Shown: piece after piece, positions 14,200 through 24,366 of the stretch
Numbering within the stretch: the stretch's first letter is position 1
Layout: the number at the start of each line of letters is the position of its first letter
IMG/VR virus record: IMGVR_UViG_2778261530_000007
Source: a virus
Lineage: Duplodnaviria; Heunggongvirae; Uroviricota; Caudoviricetes
Length of the DNA stretch: 37,462 bases
Reading direction: 5' to 3' (one strand)
Position numbers and translations under genes: made by a program
Notes under the pieces: generated by a model
What the model saw: the letters and a program-made list of their open reading frames with translations, nothing else
Told to the model about the DNA's origin: nothing
The model's database searches: none

Positions 14200-15950
14200 C
14201 AGAACTCCATAACCGTGAAACGCTCGTTTTCTCCTTCGCCGCCAATCGGTTCGTTAATGACAGCAAGCATGGTTGCCCACGCAAGGTCGCCGTGGCTGAT
14301 CCCCCTCGCACGGTCCGTTTCGTAAGTGATAAAGCCGCCCGGTGTTTTCACCTTACGCACGGCGTTAAAGGCCGCGACCAGCTCGCGTTCGGCGCGATCG
14401 TATTCCCACCGCCCGGCACGCATTATTTGCAGCATTTTCAGTACCAGCGACCGTTTTGATGACAGCGTGAAGGTGTACGGAATAGCAGCAGGGAAAAACC
14501 GTTTCACTATCTGATAAACAGCCTCCCCGTTCCCGCCCGTCACATCAATGCCGATGTGTTCCACGTTGTAGCGATACGTGAACTCTTCAATGACTCTGGC
14601 CTGTTCTTCAAACTCCAGCCCCTGAACGCGTCGCGTCTCCACCGTTCGAAAACGGCCACCAGGAACAGCCGGAGGAACCACCACGGACACAGCGCCGCTG
14701 TCGCCGTTTCCACTGCTGCCGTTTGCGTCATACCCAATCCATACCGGACGATTCCCCATCGGGCGGGGAGCAAAAGGTTTCCAGTCTTTCCAGTCGTCGT
14801 ATCCGTCAACACCGCAGCCAATCAGGATATTCAGGTTAAATGCCGATTCCCCTTCGCGGACAAATTCACACATATAGAGATTGCGGAACTCGTCTTCGGT
14901 GTTTTCATCACGAATTTCGTCGATATCGGTGTGTTTCCAGCCGTGATTAACCACATCTTCCAGCGTGACAATTTGCCGCCACGTCCGGTCAGGGCAGATA
15001 AGCCCGTTATGCAGCGTTTTCCAGTCCACAGAAAAACGCTGGCGTTTATGCGAGGCCTTTTTCTCGTTCCAGCGGTCACCGTTCCAGTAGGCGTATGCCT
15101 CGTGCGTTTCGGTGGATGGCGTGGAGAAGTAGGTGCGCCGCAGTCCGCTGAGGGTTGCCATAGCGCCAGCCACCTTGCGCAGTTCAGCAAAGCGACTGAC
15201 CCAGAAGAATTCATCAAAATAAAAATTGCCCGTATAGGACTGTGCCGACGCAGCAGAAGTGCCGAGAAAATGCAGCTCTGCGCCGTTGGAGAGGATGATT
15301 TTATCGCCCCCTTTCAGCTCCACATCAACTTCAGCCGCGGCCTTCTGAATAATGCTTTTAAACTGGAACGCCTGACGACGCGACGCAGACAAAAAAATCT
15401 GGTTACGCTGGTAAGGTTGCGCCACATCGTCACGCAGCGCCATCAGCAGTGCTTCCTGTGCAAAATACCAGGTCGCCCCAATCTGTCGGGATTTCAGGAT
15501 CATCCTGTTACGTATCCCGGCTTCCCTGCAAAGGGTCAGGGAGTCAAACCAGCCCCGCTGATGCCACTCCAGCCTGCTGATGATTTTTTCCCGCAGTGCG
15601 GCAATCTGTTCCGGCGTGAAATGATTTTTGAGTTTTTTCGCCCGGCCTTTCTTTCCTGTGGCCGTCGCATCCGGCTGGCCATCATGCAGTTTTTTAAGCT
15701 GCCGGGTCAGCAGGTCTATTTCCTTGAAGTCACCACCTGTTTTATTCTGTTTTTCAGTGAGCTGGATGAGGCGCGCATCGATGGACTGCGTGACACGCTG
15801 CACGGGTGGTGTTTCATCCCACTGGTCGCGTTTTTTCCACGCATAAATCGTGTTCGGGTTTATTCCCATCAGACGTGATATTTCTGCGGGCGGATAACCC
15901 TGCCAGTAAAGTTGTCGCGCACGCTGGCGCACAAAAGCGTCCTGAATCAT
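14199..15950 (-). CDS. P: Terminase large (ATPase) subunit (P2 gpP)
   Basis: 583 aa, divergent from the capsid operon as in P2; position upstream of Q. Confidence 0.92.
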   Translation of the reverse strand: MIQDAFVRQRARQLYWQGYPPAEISRLMGINPNTIYAWKKRDQWDETPPVQRVTQSIDARLIQLTEKQNKTGGDFKEIDLLTRQLKKLHDGQPDATATGKKGRAKKLKNHFTPEQIAALREKIISRLEWHQRGWFDSLTLCREAGIRNRMILKSRQIGATWYFAQEALLMALRDDVAQPYQRNQIFLSASRRQAFQFKSIIQKAAAEVDVELKGGDKIILSNGAELHFLGTSAASAQSYTGNFYFDEFFWVSRFAELRKVAGAMATLSGLRRTYFSTPSTETHEAYAYWNGDRWNEKKASHKRQRFSVDWKTLHNGLICPDRTWRQIVTLEDVVNHGWKHTDIDEIRDENTEDEFRNLYMCEFVREGESAFNLNILIGCGVDGYDDWKDWKPFAPRPMGNRPVWIGYDANGSSGNGDSGAVSVVVPPAVPGGRFRTVETRRVQGLEFEEQARVIEEFTYRYNVEHIGIDVTGGNGEAVYQIVKRFFPAAIPYTFTLSSKRSLVLKMLQIMRAGRWEYDRAERELVAAFNAVRKVKTPGGFITYETDRARGISHGDLAWATMLAVINEPIGGEGENERFTVMEF

Positions 15951-16104
15951 TGCTCCCCCTGAGTAATTACAGGAAGATTACCCGCGCGCGAAACTGTTCT
16001 CCTTAACCCCCTGTTCTGGCCGTTTTCTTACAACAAAAGCCCTTTGTATCAGCCTGTTACGCTTTGCCATCATGACTGAAGAACCAGTCAGAGGGGCAAA
16101 AACT

Positions 16105-16941
16105 ATGGCTAATGAAAAAAAGACATCCCGCAAAAAGTTTCGCGTGGCTGTCTCCGGATCAACTGTTGATGGCCGTGAAATCAGTCCGGTGCATCTGCGT
16201 GAAGCCGCCGAGAACTTCAACCCGGATGTTTACGCTGCCCGCGTGAACGTTGAGCACTATCTCTCGCCATGCCCATCAAGCGAATTTTCCGCAATGGGCG
16301 ATGTCACCGCACTGAGTACGGAAGACATTACGGAAGGTCCGCTGGCCGGACGTACTGCGCTGTATGCAGAAATCGAACCGACCGAGCGCATGAAGCAGCT
16401 TGTCGCGGACGGCAAGAAAATCTATTCCAGTATCGAACTGCACCCGCAGTTCTCCGTTAACGGGCGCGCCTATCTGGTCGGGCTGGCGATGACCGACACC
16501 CCGGCAAGCCTGGGCACTGAGCGCCTGAAATTCACGGCACAGCAGCGTCAGGCGGTGATGACGTTCAACAGTATCCAGGGTGAAGCACCGCTTATCTCCG
16601 AAGCCATCGAGTCTGAAATCATCGAAATGGCAGAACAACGCCAGGAAGAAGGCACCCAGTGGTTTAACCGCGTAATGGGGATTATTGGTCGTGGCCGCAA
16701 AGCGGATGACGCCAGTTTCTCCCGTATTCAGGAAGCGGTGGAAGGCGTCGCAACGTCACAGGCCGACATTATCGACCGTTTTAATGTGCTGGAAACCCGC
16801 CATCAGCAGGACCGCCAGAAAATCACGTCACTGACCACAGAGCTGACAGCACTGAAGGAAAAGCTGCGCACGCAGGACGGCGATCCGCAGAACCGGTTCA
16901 CCGCAACGGGCGCAGCCTCCGACCAGCTGGCTGACTTCTGA
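16105..16941 (+). CDS. O: Capsid scaffolding protein (P2 gpO); start placed at the ATG preceded by a GAGGGG RBS
   Basis: Similarity to P2 O as recalled (KKFRVAVSGSTVDGREISP, YLVGLAMTDTPASLGTE). Confidence 0.85.
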   Translation: MANEKKTSRKKFRVAVSGSTVDGREISPVHLREAAENFNPDVYAARVNVEHYLSPCPSSEFSAMGDVTALSTEDITEGPLAGRTALYAEIEPTERMKQLVADGKKIYSSIELHPQFSVNGRAYLVGLAMTDTPASLGTERLKFTAQQRQAVMTFNSIQGEAPLISEAIESEIIEMAEQRQEEGTQWFNRVMGIIGRGRKADDASFSRIQEAVEGVATSQADIIDRFNVLETRHQQDRQKITSLTTELTALKEKLRTQDGDPQNRFTATGAASDQLADF

Positions 16942-16964
16942 TAAGACAAAGGAGCAAATTTTTT

Positions 16965-18017
16965 ATGAATCTGGTGATGTCAGATAATGCCCGTAACAAG
17001 CTGGGCTGCTACATGACGCGACAGGCGTCGATTAACAATATCCCGGTTTCTGGACTGGTATCGCGATTTACCGTGGAACCCTCGGTGCAACAGCGTTTTG
17101 AAAACGCCTCAAAGGAAAGCACCGAATTTACAAAAAGAATTAACGTGATCGGCGTGACCGACCAGAAAGGCGAAAAAATCCTCCTGGATACCACCGGGCC
17201 GATTGCGCGCACGAATACCAGTTATGACGGCACAGATCGCCGCAACCCGATTAACGCTGTCGACCTAAAGTCCCGTCAGTACCAGTGTGAGCAGGTGAAC
17301 TACGACACGTTTATTTCGTATCCGCGGCTTGATGCCTGGGCGGCGCACAATGACTTCCAGACCCGCATCAGCGCACAGATTGCCCGACAGGTGGCGCTTG
17401 ACCGCATCATGATCGGCTTTAACGGCACGTTACACGCGGAAAAATCCAACTTCAGCACCAACAAGCTGCTTCAGGACGTTAACGTGGGGTGGCTGGAGCA
17501 CATCAGAACCAATGCCAGCGCGCGCGTAATGAATGGCGTGACGCTGACCTCCCGCAACATGGACAACACCGTGGCGCACGCGGGTAAGTATGCGAACGCT
17601 GATGCACTGGTACAGGACGCACGCTCATCCCTGCTGGATGAATGGCACAAGGAAGCTGACGACCTCGTGGTGATTATGGGGCGCAACATGTTTAACTCGC
17701 TGCGTCTGCCCGTGCTGAACAGCATCAGCGGCCAGAATCCCAATGCGGAATTACTTGCCGGGCAGCTCATCCTGTCATCGCGCACCATTGGCGGGCTGGG
17801 CGTGTTTCTTGCGCCGTTCTTCCCGGATGCAACGATGCTGATCACCTCGTTCAACAACCTGTCGATTTACTGGCAGAAAGGTTCAATGCGTCGTCTGATG
17901 AAAGACGAACCGGAATACAACCGCATCGCCACCTACCAGTCCATCAATGACGCTTATGTCGTTGAAGACTATGGCAAGTGCGCGATGGTCACTGGCCTGA
18001 AGTTCGCCGACAGCTAA
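16965..18017 (+). CDS. N: Major capsid protein (P2 gpN)
   Basis: Similarity to P2 N as recalled (FTVEPSV, IMIGFNG, VGWL, ARVM, LSIYW, YVVEDYG); AAGGAG RBS. Confidence 0.92.
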   Translation: MNLVMSDNARNKLGCYMTRQASINNIPVSGLVSRFTVEPSVQQRFENASKESTEFTKRINVIGVTDQKGEKILLDTTGPIARTNTSYDGTDRRNPINAVDLKSRQYQCEQVNYDTFISYPRLDAWAAHNDFQTRISAQIARQVALDRIMIGFNGTLHAEKSNFSTNKLLQDVNVGWLEHIRTNASARVMNGVTLTSRNMDNTVAHAGKYANADALVQDARSSLLDEWHKEADDLVVIMGRNMFNSLRLPVLNSISGQNPNAELLAGQLILSSRTIGGLGVFLAPFFPDATMLITSFNNLSIYWQKGSMRRLMKDEPEYNRIATYQSINDAYVVEDYGKCAMVTGLKFADS

Positions 18018-18062
18018 TCAACTCACGGCGGGCATCATGCCCGCCTGTAACGGAGAGAAAAA

Positions 18063-18863
18063 ATGATTACTCCTGCACAACAACACTGGCAGAACGTGAT
18101 GGCACAGCGCGCAGGTCGGGCGAATGAAGGCGTGGACCACGCCGCGCGTACCGCGCATGAAGAGGTGCTGTATCGTCTGCGTCTGGCACAGGCCCGGCTT
18201 AAGGGCGTACAGGCCAGAAGCGCGAAAGCCGCCATCAAAAAAGAGTTGTTGCCGGATTTTTCCGGCTGGATTGAGGGAACGCTGGAGGCTGACGGCGGGC
18301 AGCAGGATGAAGTGATTGCCACGCTGATGGTGTGGGCGATTGACTGCGGCGATCTTCCGCTTGCGTTGCGTATTGGTGCGTATGTGGTCCGTCATAACCT
18401 CATTATGCCGGATAACTTTGGCCGTACTGCTGCCACGGTACTGACCGAAGAAATCTGCAACCCGGTACTGACGCAGGCCGGGACGGATGCTGACGCGGAT
18501 TTGTCCGCCTTTATCGAACCACTGGACACCCTCCGGGAGATTGTCACAGACCAGGACATGCCGGACGAAGTGCGCGCCAAATTATGCAAGGCGTGCGCCT
18601 TTGCCCGTCGTGGTCTGACCGATGCGGACAGCATGGCCCTGTCACTGAAGCTGCTGCGCGAAGCGATGCACCTGAACCCGAACGCAGGTGTGAAACGCGA
18701 GATTGCAACCCTTTTCCGCACCCTGAAAAAAGCCGATTCCGCAGCCGCACCAGAAGACGCCAGCACACCGCAGGCGCAGGACGAAAGCAGCAAAAGTAAA
18801 AAGACAACGCGGAAGCCTGCAACACGAAAAACCACCGCGACGCAGAAGGCGAAGCGCGGTTAA
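18063..18863 (+). CDS. M: Terminase small / endonuclease subunit (P2 gpM)
   Basis: Similarity to P2 M as recalled (DMPDEVRAKL, basic C-terminal tail). Confidence 0.9.
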   Translation: MITPAQQHWQNVMAQRAGRANEGVDHAARTAHEEVLYRLRLAQARLKGVQARSAKAAIKKELLPDFSGWIEGTLEADGGQQDEVIATLMVWAIDCGDLPLALRIGAYVVRHNLIMPDNFGRTAATVLTEEICNPVLTQAGTDADADLSAFIEPLDTLREIVTDQDMPDEVRAKLCKACAFARRGLTDADSMALSLKLLREAMHLNPNAGVKREIATLFRTLKKADSAAAPEDASTPQAQDESSKSKKTTRKPATRKTTATQKAKRG

Positions 18864-18964
18864 CGACTGACCCCGTCAGCGGGCGGCGTGCGCGGTGTTC
18901 CGGTTTGACTCCGTGACCGTTTACACCGCGCACCCACCGCCCGATTTTTTCAGGAGTGAACCCC

Positions 18965-19459
18965 ATGAGTATGGTTGCCAGAACCAACCCCGGCCCCGCA
19001 GAGGACGACATCACCGATACCGATGATGGTGATACCCGTATTTCAGCGGGTGCATTCTGGCCGGATATTGTGCTGCGTGAGCTGCGTCTGGCGATACGAC
19101 TGCCGGGCCGTGTGACCACCTCCCGCCTGCTGCATACCGCCACCGGGGCCGTGGCACACGTTACCCGCGAGCTGGAAGCGTGGCAGCAGGAACAGCAGGC
19201 GGCTGGCCATCAGACGCTGGCCGATGTTCCGGCCCCCGTAATTAACGGAGAAAGCGTCAATCTCTGGCACTGGCGCAATGCTGTTTATACCGCCACACGC
19301 GCCCTGATTCTGGAGCGTTACCGCGATGCGGACACAACGGATAAGGGCGACCGCCGGGCGGACGCACTGGATATACAGACATCGGATTTGTGGCGCGATG
19401 TGAGCTGGGCCATCTCTGACATTCTGCGCCGCCCGCGAATTTTTGCGGAGTTGTGCTGA
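18965..19459 (+). CDS. L: Head completion / stabilisation protein (P2 gpL)
   Basis: Position after M; start placed at the ATG with an AGGAG RBS (the ORF track starts 9 nt earlier at a GTG). Confidence 0.8.
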   Translation: MSMVARTNPGPAEDDITDTDDGDTRISAGAFWPDIVLRELRLAIRLPGRVTTSRLLHTATGAVAHVTRELEAWQQEQQAAGHQTLADVPAPVINGESVNLWHWRNAVYTATRALILERYRDADTTDKGDRRADALDIQTSDLWRDVSWAISDILRRPRIFAELC

Positions 19460-19659
19460 TGAAAGTGAAGGCACTGGAAGGCGACACCGTAGATTCGCTC
19501 TGTTTCCGGTACTACGGCACGACGCAGGGCGTCACCGAAAAGGTGCTGGATGCCAACCCCGGACTCTGTCAGCAGGCATTTCTGGACGCCGGGCAGGAAG
19601 TGGAGATGCCGGAGCCGGAGAAGAAGAAACGAGAAATGATTCAGTTGTGGGGGGGGTAG
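19459..19659 (+). CDS. X: Tail protein X (P2 gpX)
   Basis: Similarity to P2 X as recalled (ALxGDTxDxxCxRYYG, ANPGL); start overlaps the L stop. Confidence 0.8.
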   Translation: MKVKALEGDTVDSLCFRYYGTTQGVTEKVLDANPGLCQQAFLDAGQEVEMPEPEKKKREMIQLWGG

Positions 19660-19661
19660 CA

Positions 19662-19985
19662 GTGAGCACCATTCAAACAGGGATCACAGAGCAGGTTATT
19701 GCGTGGCTCTTTGACCACCTGCCAACGGTGTATGCAGTAGGCGCGGCGGTCAGCATTTCCGCGCTGATGAGTCTTTATGACGGGCGGACACTGGTTCAGA
19801 CCGTAACGGGATCGCTGGCGTGCGGCGTTCTTGCCATGGCCGTGGCCGGGTCGTTGCGCTTCTTCGGGTTTCCTGAAGATGCCGTGACGTTTATCGGCGC
19901 ATCAATCGGTTTTATGGGCGCAGAGAAAGCACGCGACAAGGTTATTGCGGCCTTTAATCGCAGGGTGAAGGAGAAGGACGAATGA
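19662..19985 (+). CDS. Putative holin (three predicted TM segments), probable GTG start
   Basis: Three hydrophobic helices and a charged C-terminus; immediately upstream of the endolysin. Confidence 0.55.
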   Translation: MSTIQTGITEQVIAWLFDHLPTVYAVGAAVSISALMSLYDGRTLVQTVTGSLACGVLAMAVAGSLRFFGFPEDAVTFIGASIGFMGAEKARDKVIAAFNRRVKEKDE

Positions 19986-20374
19986 GCAACACATTTAAAT
20001 TCAGCAGCCGGAGCGAAAAGAATTTGCAGGGCGTAAATCCTGATCTGGTGAAAGTGACCCGACGGGCACTGGAAATCTCGGAAGTGGATTTTGGTATCAC
20101 CGAAGGGTTGCGCAGCCGTTACCGCCAGAAGCAACTTGTGGCCACAGGTAAGAGCCAGACCATGAACAGCCGCCACCTTACGGGGCATGCCGTGGATGTT
20201 GTGGCTTATATCGGCAGCCAGGTGTCATGGGAATGGCCGCTGTACGAAAAAATCGCAGCAGCATTCAGACAGGCCAGCCGGGAACTGAATATTCCGGTGG
20301 AATGGGGCGGCGACTGGAAGACCCTGAAAGACGGACCGCATTTTCAGTTACCACACGGAGCCTATCCGGCATGA
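19982..20374 (+). CDS. Endolysin, peptidase M15 (VanY-like L-alanyl-D-glutamate endopeptidase) type
   Basis: Zinc-site motif SRHLTGHAVDV; position in the lysis cassette. Confidence 0.8.
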   Translation: MSNTFKFSSRSEKNLQGVNPDLVKVTRRALEISEVDFGITEGLRSRYRQKQLVATGKSQTMNSRHLTGHAVDVVAYIGSQVSWEWPLYEKIAAAFRQASRELNIPVEWGGDWKTLKDGPHFQLPHGAYPA

Positions 20375-20778
20375 AGCTCTGGCCCACGCTGGGCGTCGCT
20401 TTCCTTCTGATTGCCGCATGGGGAACATCCATGCGTCTGTCGTGGTCGCTGGGCCGGGAGAACGCCAGAAACGAAGCGCAGGCCAGCGCCCTGAAAAGTA
20501 CCGTCGACACCCTGAATATCATCAGCACCGGGGTACAGGATATGCAGCAGGTGCTGGCGCAACTCCGCGTGGAAAATCAACAGCGAAATCAGGACGGAGA
20601 GGCCAGACGTGAACAGCTACGCAACGATATTGCAAAAGATGAATGCGCCCACGCTTTGCCTGACGCTCGTTTTACTGACAGGTTGCGCAGGCACGCAGAA
20701 CGCGCCACGGCCAGCGCCGTCAGTCCGGCTTATACCGCAGACGCTGACCATACCGGTAACGCCTCCCCCCTTCCCTGA
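20371..20778 (+). CDS. lysB: Inner-membrane spanin (LysB / Rz-like)
   Basis: N-terminal TM helix then coiled-coil; contains an embedded out-of-frame lipoprotein ORF. Confidence 0.7.
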   Translation: MKLWPTLGVAFLLIAAWGTSMRLSWSLGRENARNEAQASALKSTVDTLNIISTGVQDMQQVLAQLRVENQQRNQDGEARREQLRNDIAKDECAHALPDARFTDRLRRHAERATASAVSPAYTADADHTGNASPLP

Positions 20779-20929
20779 TACTCCCACATGGGGAAATCTC
20801 GGTATATGGGGCGACCGCCTTCTGGATGCACTGGAAACCTGTAACGCGGATAAACGGGCCATTGAATTACTGGAACAGCGCAGGCTGCAACGACTGAACA
20901 ACGAGGATAACAACCATGCTGAAAACTGA
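20609..20929 (+). CDS. lysC: Outer-membrane lipoprotein spanin (LysC / Rz1-like), embedded in and extending beyond lysB; start may be 20639
   Basis: Lipobox LLTGC, proline-rich mature region, +1 frame overlap with lysB. Confidence 0.65.
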   Translation: MNSYATILQKMNAPTLCLTLVLLTGCAGTQNAPRPAPSVRLIPQTLTIPVTPPPFPDTPTWGNLGIWGDRLLDALETCNADKRAIELLEQRRLQRLNNEDNNHAEN

Positions 20930-21383
20930 TTCCCTGCGTGAAGCCATGACCCGTTCATGCCGATGGTGTCAGGCCAACCCGGAAAAATTCACCATTTTCG
21001 TGGAGAGCGGCAACATTGAAACGACCGGAGAAACTCCCTCGTTTGTTTACCGCTATCAGATGGTGATGTTTGTCATGGATTACGCCGGAGAGCTGGACGA
21101 CCTCACGCTGCCGCTGCTGGCGTGGTTATCCGAAAATCAGCCACAGTTGTTGCTCAATCCGGAGCGTAATCAGGACATCAAATTTTCCGCCGTTATCAAT
21201 GACGATGACAGCGCCGATCTCCTGTTTACGCTTCCCCTGCGGGAACGCGTTCGCATTACGCGCAGCAGTCAGGGGACACCGCAGGCAGAACACCTGCCGG
21301 AGCCAAAACCCCGCCTGCCATCTTCCGAAGGCGACTGGTCGCATGTATTCCAGGATGTGACGTGGGGTGAAAGCGATGGATAA
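20916..21383 (+). CDS. R: Tail completion protein R (P2 gpR)
   Basis: Similarity to P2 R as recalled (MLKxDSLR, LAWLxENQP). Confidence 0.85.
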   Translation: MLKTDSLREAMTRSCRWCQANPEKFTIFVESGNIETTGETPSFVYRYQMVMFVMDYAGELDDLTLPLLAWLSENQPQLLLNPERNQDIKFSAVINDDDSADLLFTLPLRERVRITRSSQGTPQAEHLPEPKPRLPSSEGDWSHVFQDVTWGESDG

Positions 21384-22011
21384 GGCATTCACCCGCGTGG
21401 ATGAAACCTTTGAGGCCATCCGCGACAGCCTGAATCAGCAGGCCATCAATAACATCGCCAGAAAGCTGGCACAGGATTTACGCCGCGCCCAGCAGGCGCG
21501 CATCCGGTCACAGAAAGCGCCGGACGGGACCGCGTGGACACCACGCAGACGCCGCGTAACCCGGATACAGGAGCGCATTCGCTTTATCTGGAATAACGAA
21601 GCACGCACGCTGAAAAACTGGCATCACGACACGGGGAAATACGGGCGAACCATCACCGGGTGGGATGAGGATAAAAACACCATCCGCACGTTTTACCGGG
21701 ATGACATCGACCGCTTTCTGGAAATACGCACCCGGCGCATCAACCAGGACAGCACAAAGCGCGTCCCCATGTTCGTAAAACTGCGCACCGCCCGCTACCT
21801 GAAAGCCCGTGCAGATGCTTCCGGTGTGACGGTGGGTTACAGCGGCGTGGCCGCACGTATTGCACGCGTTCATCAGTTCGGTGAGCGCGATCAGGTTGCG
21901 CCGGGCATTTTCACCGATTACCCGGTACGTGAGCTGCTGGGTATCAGCCAGGCAGATGAGCGCCTGATTTATAACACGGTGCTGGGCCGGATTGCGGAGG
22001 CTGTACGGTGA
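21376..22011 (+). CDS. S: Tail completion / virion morphogenesis protein (gpS position)
   Basis: Position between R and V; ATG overlaps the R stop. Confidence 0.7.
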   Translation: MDKAFTRVDETFEAIRDSLNQQAINNIARKLAQDLRRAQQARIRSQKAPDGTAWTPRRRRVTRIQERIRFIWNNEARTLKNWHHDTGKYGRTITGWDEDKNTIRTFYRDDIDRFLEIRTRRINQDSTKRVPMFVKLRTARYLKARADASGVTVGYSGVAARIARVHQFGERDQVAPGIFTDYPVRELLGISQADERLIYNTVLGRIAEAVR

Positions 22012-22589
22012 GCGCAGAACTCATGCGACTGCTGAGCAACATCATTCGCACCGGGATCATCTCTGAAGTTGATGAGAAGTCCTGGCGCGTGCGCGTTCGC
22101 AGCGGCGAACTGGAAACAGGCTGGTTGCGCTGGAACACCACGCGCGCGGGAGCCTTCAATGTGTGGCTGCCGCCATCACCCGGCGAACAGGTGGTAATTG
22201 CCTGCATTGGCGGCAACCCGGAAACCGCCATGATAATTGGCAGCCTGTGGAGTGATGCCAGTCCGGCCCCCGGCAAAAGCCTGAAAGAAATCGTGGTCAG
22301 CGCGCCGGATGGCGCGGTGTTCCGCTACGACGCGGACGCTGGCGCACTGAGCGCCAGCGGCATGAAAACAGCCACCCTGCAGGCATCCGTCAGCGTGACA
22401 CTGGATACGCCCGTCGTGGAATGCACAGACCTTCTGAGAACAGCGACGCTTGACGTCACAAAAGGGGGAAAGATGAGCGGCAATATCACGCACAGCGGCG
22501 GCGATTTCACCTCAAACGGCATCACAGTGCATACGCATAAGCACGGTGGCGTTAAAGGTGGCAGCGATTCGACAGGAGGCCCGCAGTGA
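22008..22589 (+). CDS. V: Baseplate spike protein V (P2 gpV)
   Basis: Similarity to P2 V as recalled (IRTGII, HTHKHGG near the C-terminus); GTG start overlapping the S stop. Confidence 0.88.
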   Translation: MSAELMRLLSNIIRTGIISEVDEKSWRVRVRSGELETGWLRWNTTRAGAFNVWLPPSPGEQVVIACIGGNPETAMIIGSLWSDASPAPGKSLKEIVVSAPDGAVFRYDADAGALSASGMKTATLQASVSVTLDTPVVECTDLLRTATLDVTKGGKMSGNITHSGGDFTSNGITVHTHKHGGVKGGSDSTGGPQ

Positions 22590-22936
22590 CAACCCGCTAC
22601 ACAGGAATGAATCCGGACGGGACGGGAAACCTGAACGATACGGAGCACCTGAAACAGTCAGTCAGGGACATCCTGACCACCCCGCTGGCAAGCCGGGTTA
22701 TGCGACGGGAATATGGCAGCCTTGTGCCTGATTTAATTGACGAACCCATGAATAACACCACGCGTCTGCAATGCATGAGTGCTGCCGTGATTGCGCTGAC
22801 ACGATGGGAACCCCGCATTGCCCTGGACGCCATCGACGTTGTCTGGAAGGCAGGAGGCCGCGCCGGGGTGACGCTGTCGGGCACTGTCATGCAGACCATG
22901 CAGAATGTTGAATTAACCATCACGCTAAGGGAGTAA
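22586..22936 (+). CDS. W: Baseplate protein W (P2 gpW)
   Basis: Similarity to P2 W as recalled (RYxGMN, RVMRRxYGSL, WEPR). Confidence 0.88.
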   Translation: MTTRYTGMNPDGTGNLNDTEHLKQSVRDILTTPLASRVMRREYGSLVPDLIDEPMNNTTRLQCMSAAVIALTRWEPRIALDAIDVVWKAGGRAGVTLSGTVMQTMQNVELTITLRE

Positions 22937-22939
22937 ATC

Positions 22940-23836
22940 ATGCCTGCTGTTGACCTTTCCCAGTTACCGGAAACCGCCATCATCGCGGAGCCTGATTTTG
23001 AGGCAATTCTGGCTGACACAAAGGCCATGATGATTGCGTCCTATCCTGCCGAACAGCGTGAAGCCGTCTCCGCCGCGCTGGAGCTGGAATCGGAACCCCT
23101 GAACGTTATCGCTCAAACCATGTCTTTTCGTGAAATGCTGTTACGCCAGCGGGTCAATGAGGGTGCACGCGCCTGCATGCTAAGCCACAGCGCCGGGACA
23201 GACCTGGACAACCTCGCGGGCAATATGAACACAAAGCGCCTGGTTATCACTCCGGCAACGGATACCACCGACGCAGTGATGGAAAGTGACACCTCGCTGA
23301 GACTACGGGCGCAACGGGCATATGACGGTCTGAGTGTTGCTGGCCCGTCAGGTGCATACGAGTATTTTGCACGCAGCGCCAGCGGTCTGGTGCGCGATGC
23401 GCGGGCTATCAGTCCGTCTCCGGCCTGTGTGACGGTTTCCATCCTGTCCACTGAAGGCGACGGCACAGCAACGGAGGCGTTGCTTAATACCGTTCGCGCC
23501 GTTCTGAATGCAGAGGATACCCGCCCGGTGGCCGACCGCCTGACCGTACAGAGCGCCAGAATCGTGACATGGCGGCTGAATGCAAAACTGTACTTTTACC
23601 CCGGCCCGGAATCCGAACCTATTCTGGCCGCGGCTGAATCGTCGTTCAGGAAGTGGCTGGCTGAGCAGGGGCTTATCGGTCAGGACGTGGCGTTGTCCGC
23701 CATTGCTGCCGCACTGCATGTGCACGGTGTGCAACGCGTGGAGATAATCGAACCCACACAGAATATGTCCATCAGCGACATACAGGCGGCGCGCTGTGAG
23801 TCATTCACCATCAGCGAAGGTGGACGCAATGAGTAA
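22940..23836 (+). CDS. J: Baseplate protein J (P2 gpJ)
   Basis: Size and position between W and I. Confidence 0.85.
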   Translation: MPAVDLSQLPETAIIAEPDFEAILADTKAMMIASYPAEQREAVSAALELESEPLNVIAQTMSFREMLLRQRVNEGARACMLSHSAGTDLDNLAGNMNTKRLVITPATDTTDAVMESDTSLRLRAQRAYDGLSVAGPSGAYEYFARSASGLVRDARAISPSPACVTVSILSTEGDGTATEALLNTVRAVLNAEDTRPVADRLTVQSARIVTWRLNAKLYFYPGPESEPILAAAESSFRKWLAEQGLIGQDVALSAIAAALHVHGVQRVEIIEPTQNMSISDIQAARCESFTISEGGRNE

Positions 23837-24356
23837 TTCGTTATTACCACCATCAGCCAGCAATTTCATGCGTTGTGCCGAAGCCGTCGGAACACGCATT
23901 ACAGACATTCCGGTAGACCTCAACACGCTGTGGTCGCCGGACACCTGCCCGGTGCATCTGCTGCCTTATCTCGCCTGGGCATTTTCCGTTGACCGCTGGG
24001 ATCGCAACTGGCCGGAAGAGACAAAGCGACAGGTGATTCGTGATGCATGGCTGATACACCGACACAAGGGAACCATCAGCGCACTGCGCCGGGCCATTGA
24101 GCCGCTGGGATACCTCATTCGTGTGTCTGAGTGGTGGGAGTTCGGCGGAGAACCTGGAACATTCAAGGTTGATGTTGGCACGCTGGACAGTGGTGTGACC
24201 GAGGAAATGTATCTGGAAATGGAACGGCTGATTGCCGACGCCAAACCCGCAAGTCGCCACCTTATCGGCCTGAACATTATCCAGGACATTCCTGGCTATC
24301 TGTATACAGGCGGTGTGGTCTGTGATGGTGATGTTATTACTGTTTATCCCGGATAA
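23829..24356 (+). CDS. I: Baseplate / tail protein I (P2 gpI)
   Basis: Strong similarity to P2 I as recalled (LWSPDTCP, LLPYLAWAFSVDRWD, ERLIADAKPASRHLIGLNI, GDVITVYPG). Confidence 0.9.
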   Translation: MSNSLLPPSASNFMRCAEAVGTRITDIPVDLNTLWSPDTCPVHLLPYLAWAFSVDRWDRNWPEETKRQVIRDAWLIHRHKGTISALRRAIEPLGYLIRVSEWWEFGGEPGTFKVDVGTLDSGVTEEMYLEMERLIADAKPASRHLIGLNIIQDIPGYLYTGGVVCDGDVITVYPG

Positions 24357-24366
24357 GTGAGAAACA

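Noticed and set aside
14556-15878. 440-aa ORF on the plus strand
   Set aside because: Lies entirely antisense within the terminase P gene, which has clear P2-family identity; no ribosome-binding site
18392-19143. Minus-strand ORFs of 147 and 199 aa
   Set aside because: Antisense to terminase subunit M and head completion gene L; composition artefact
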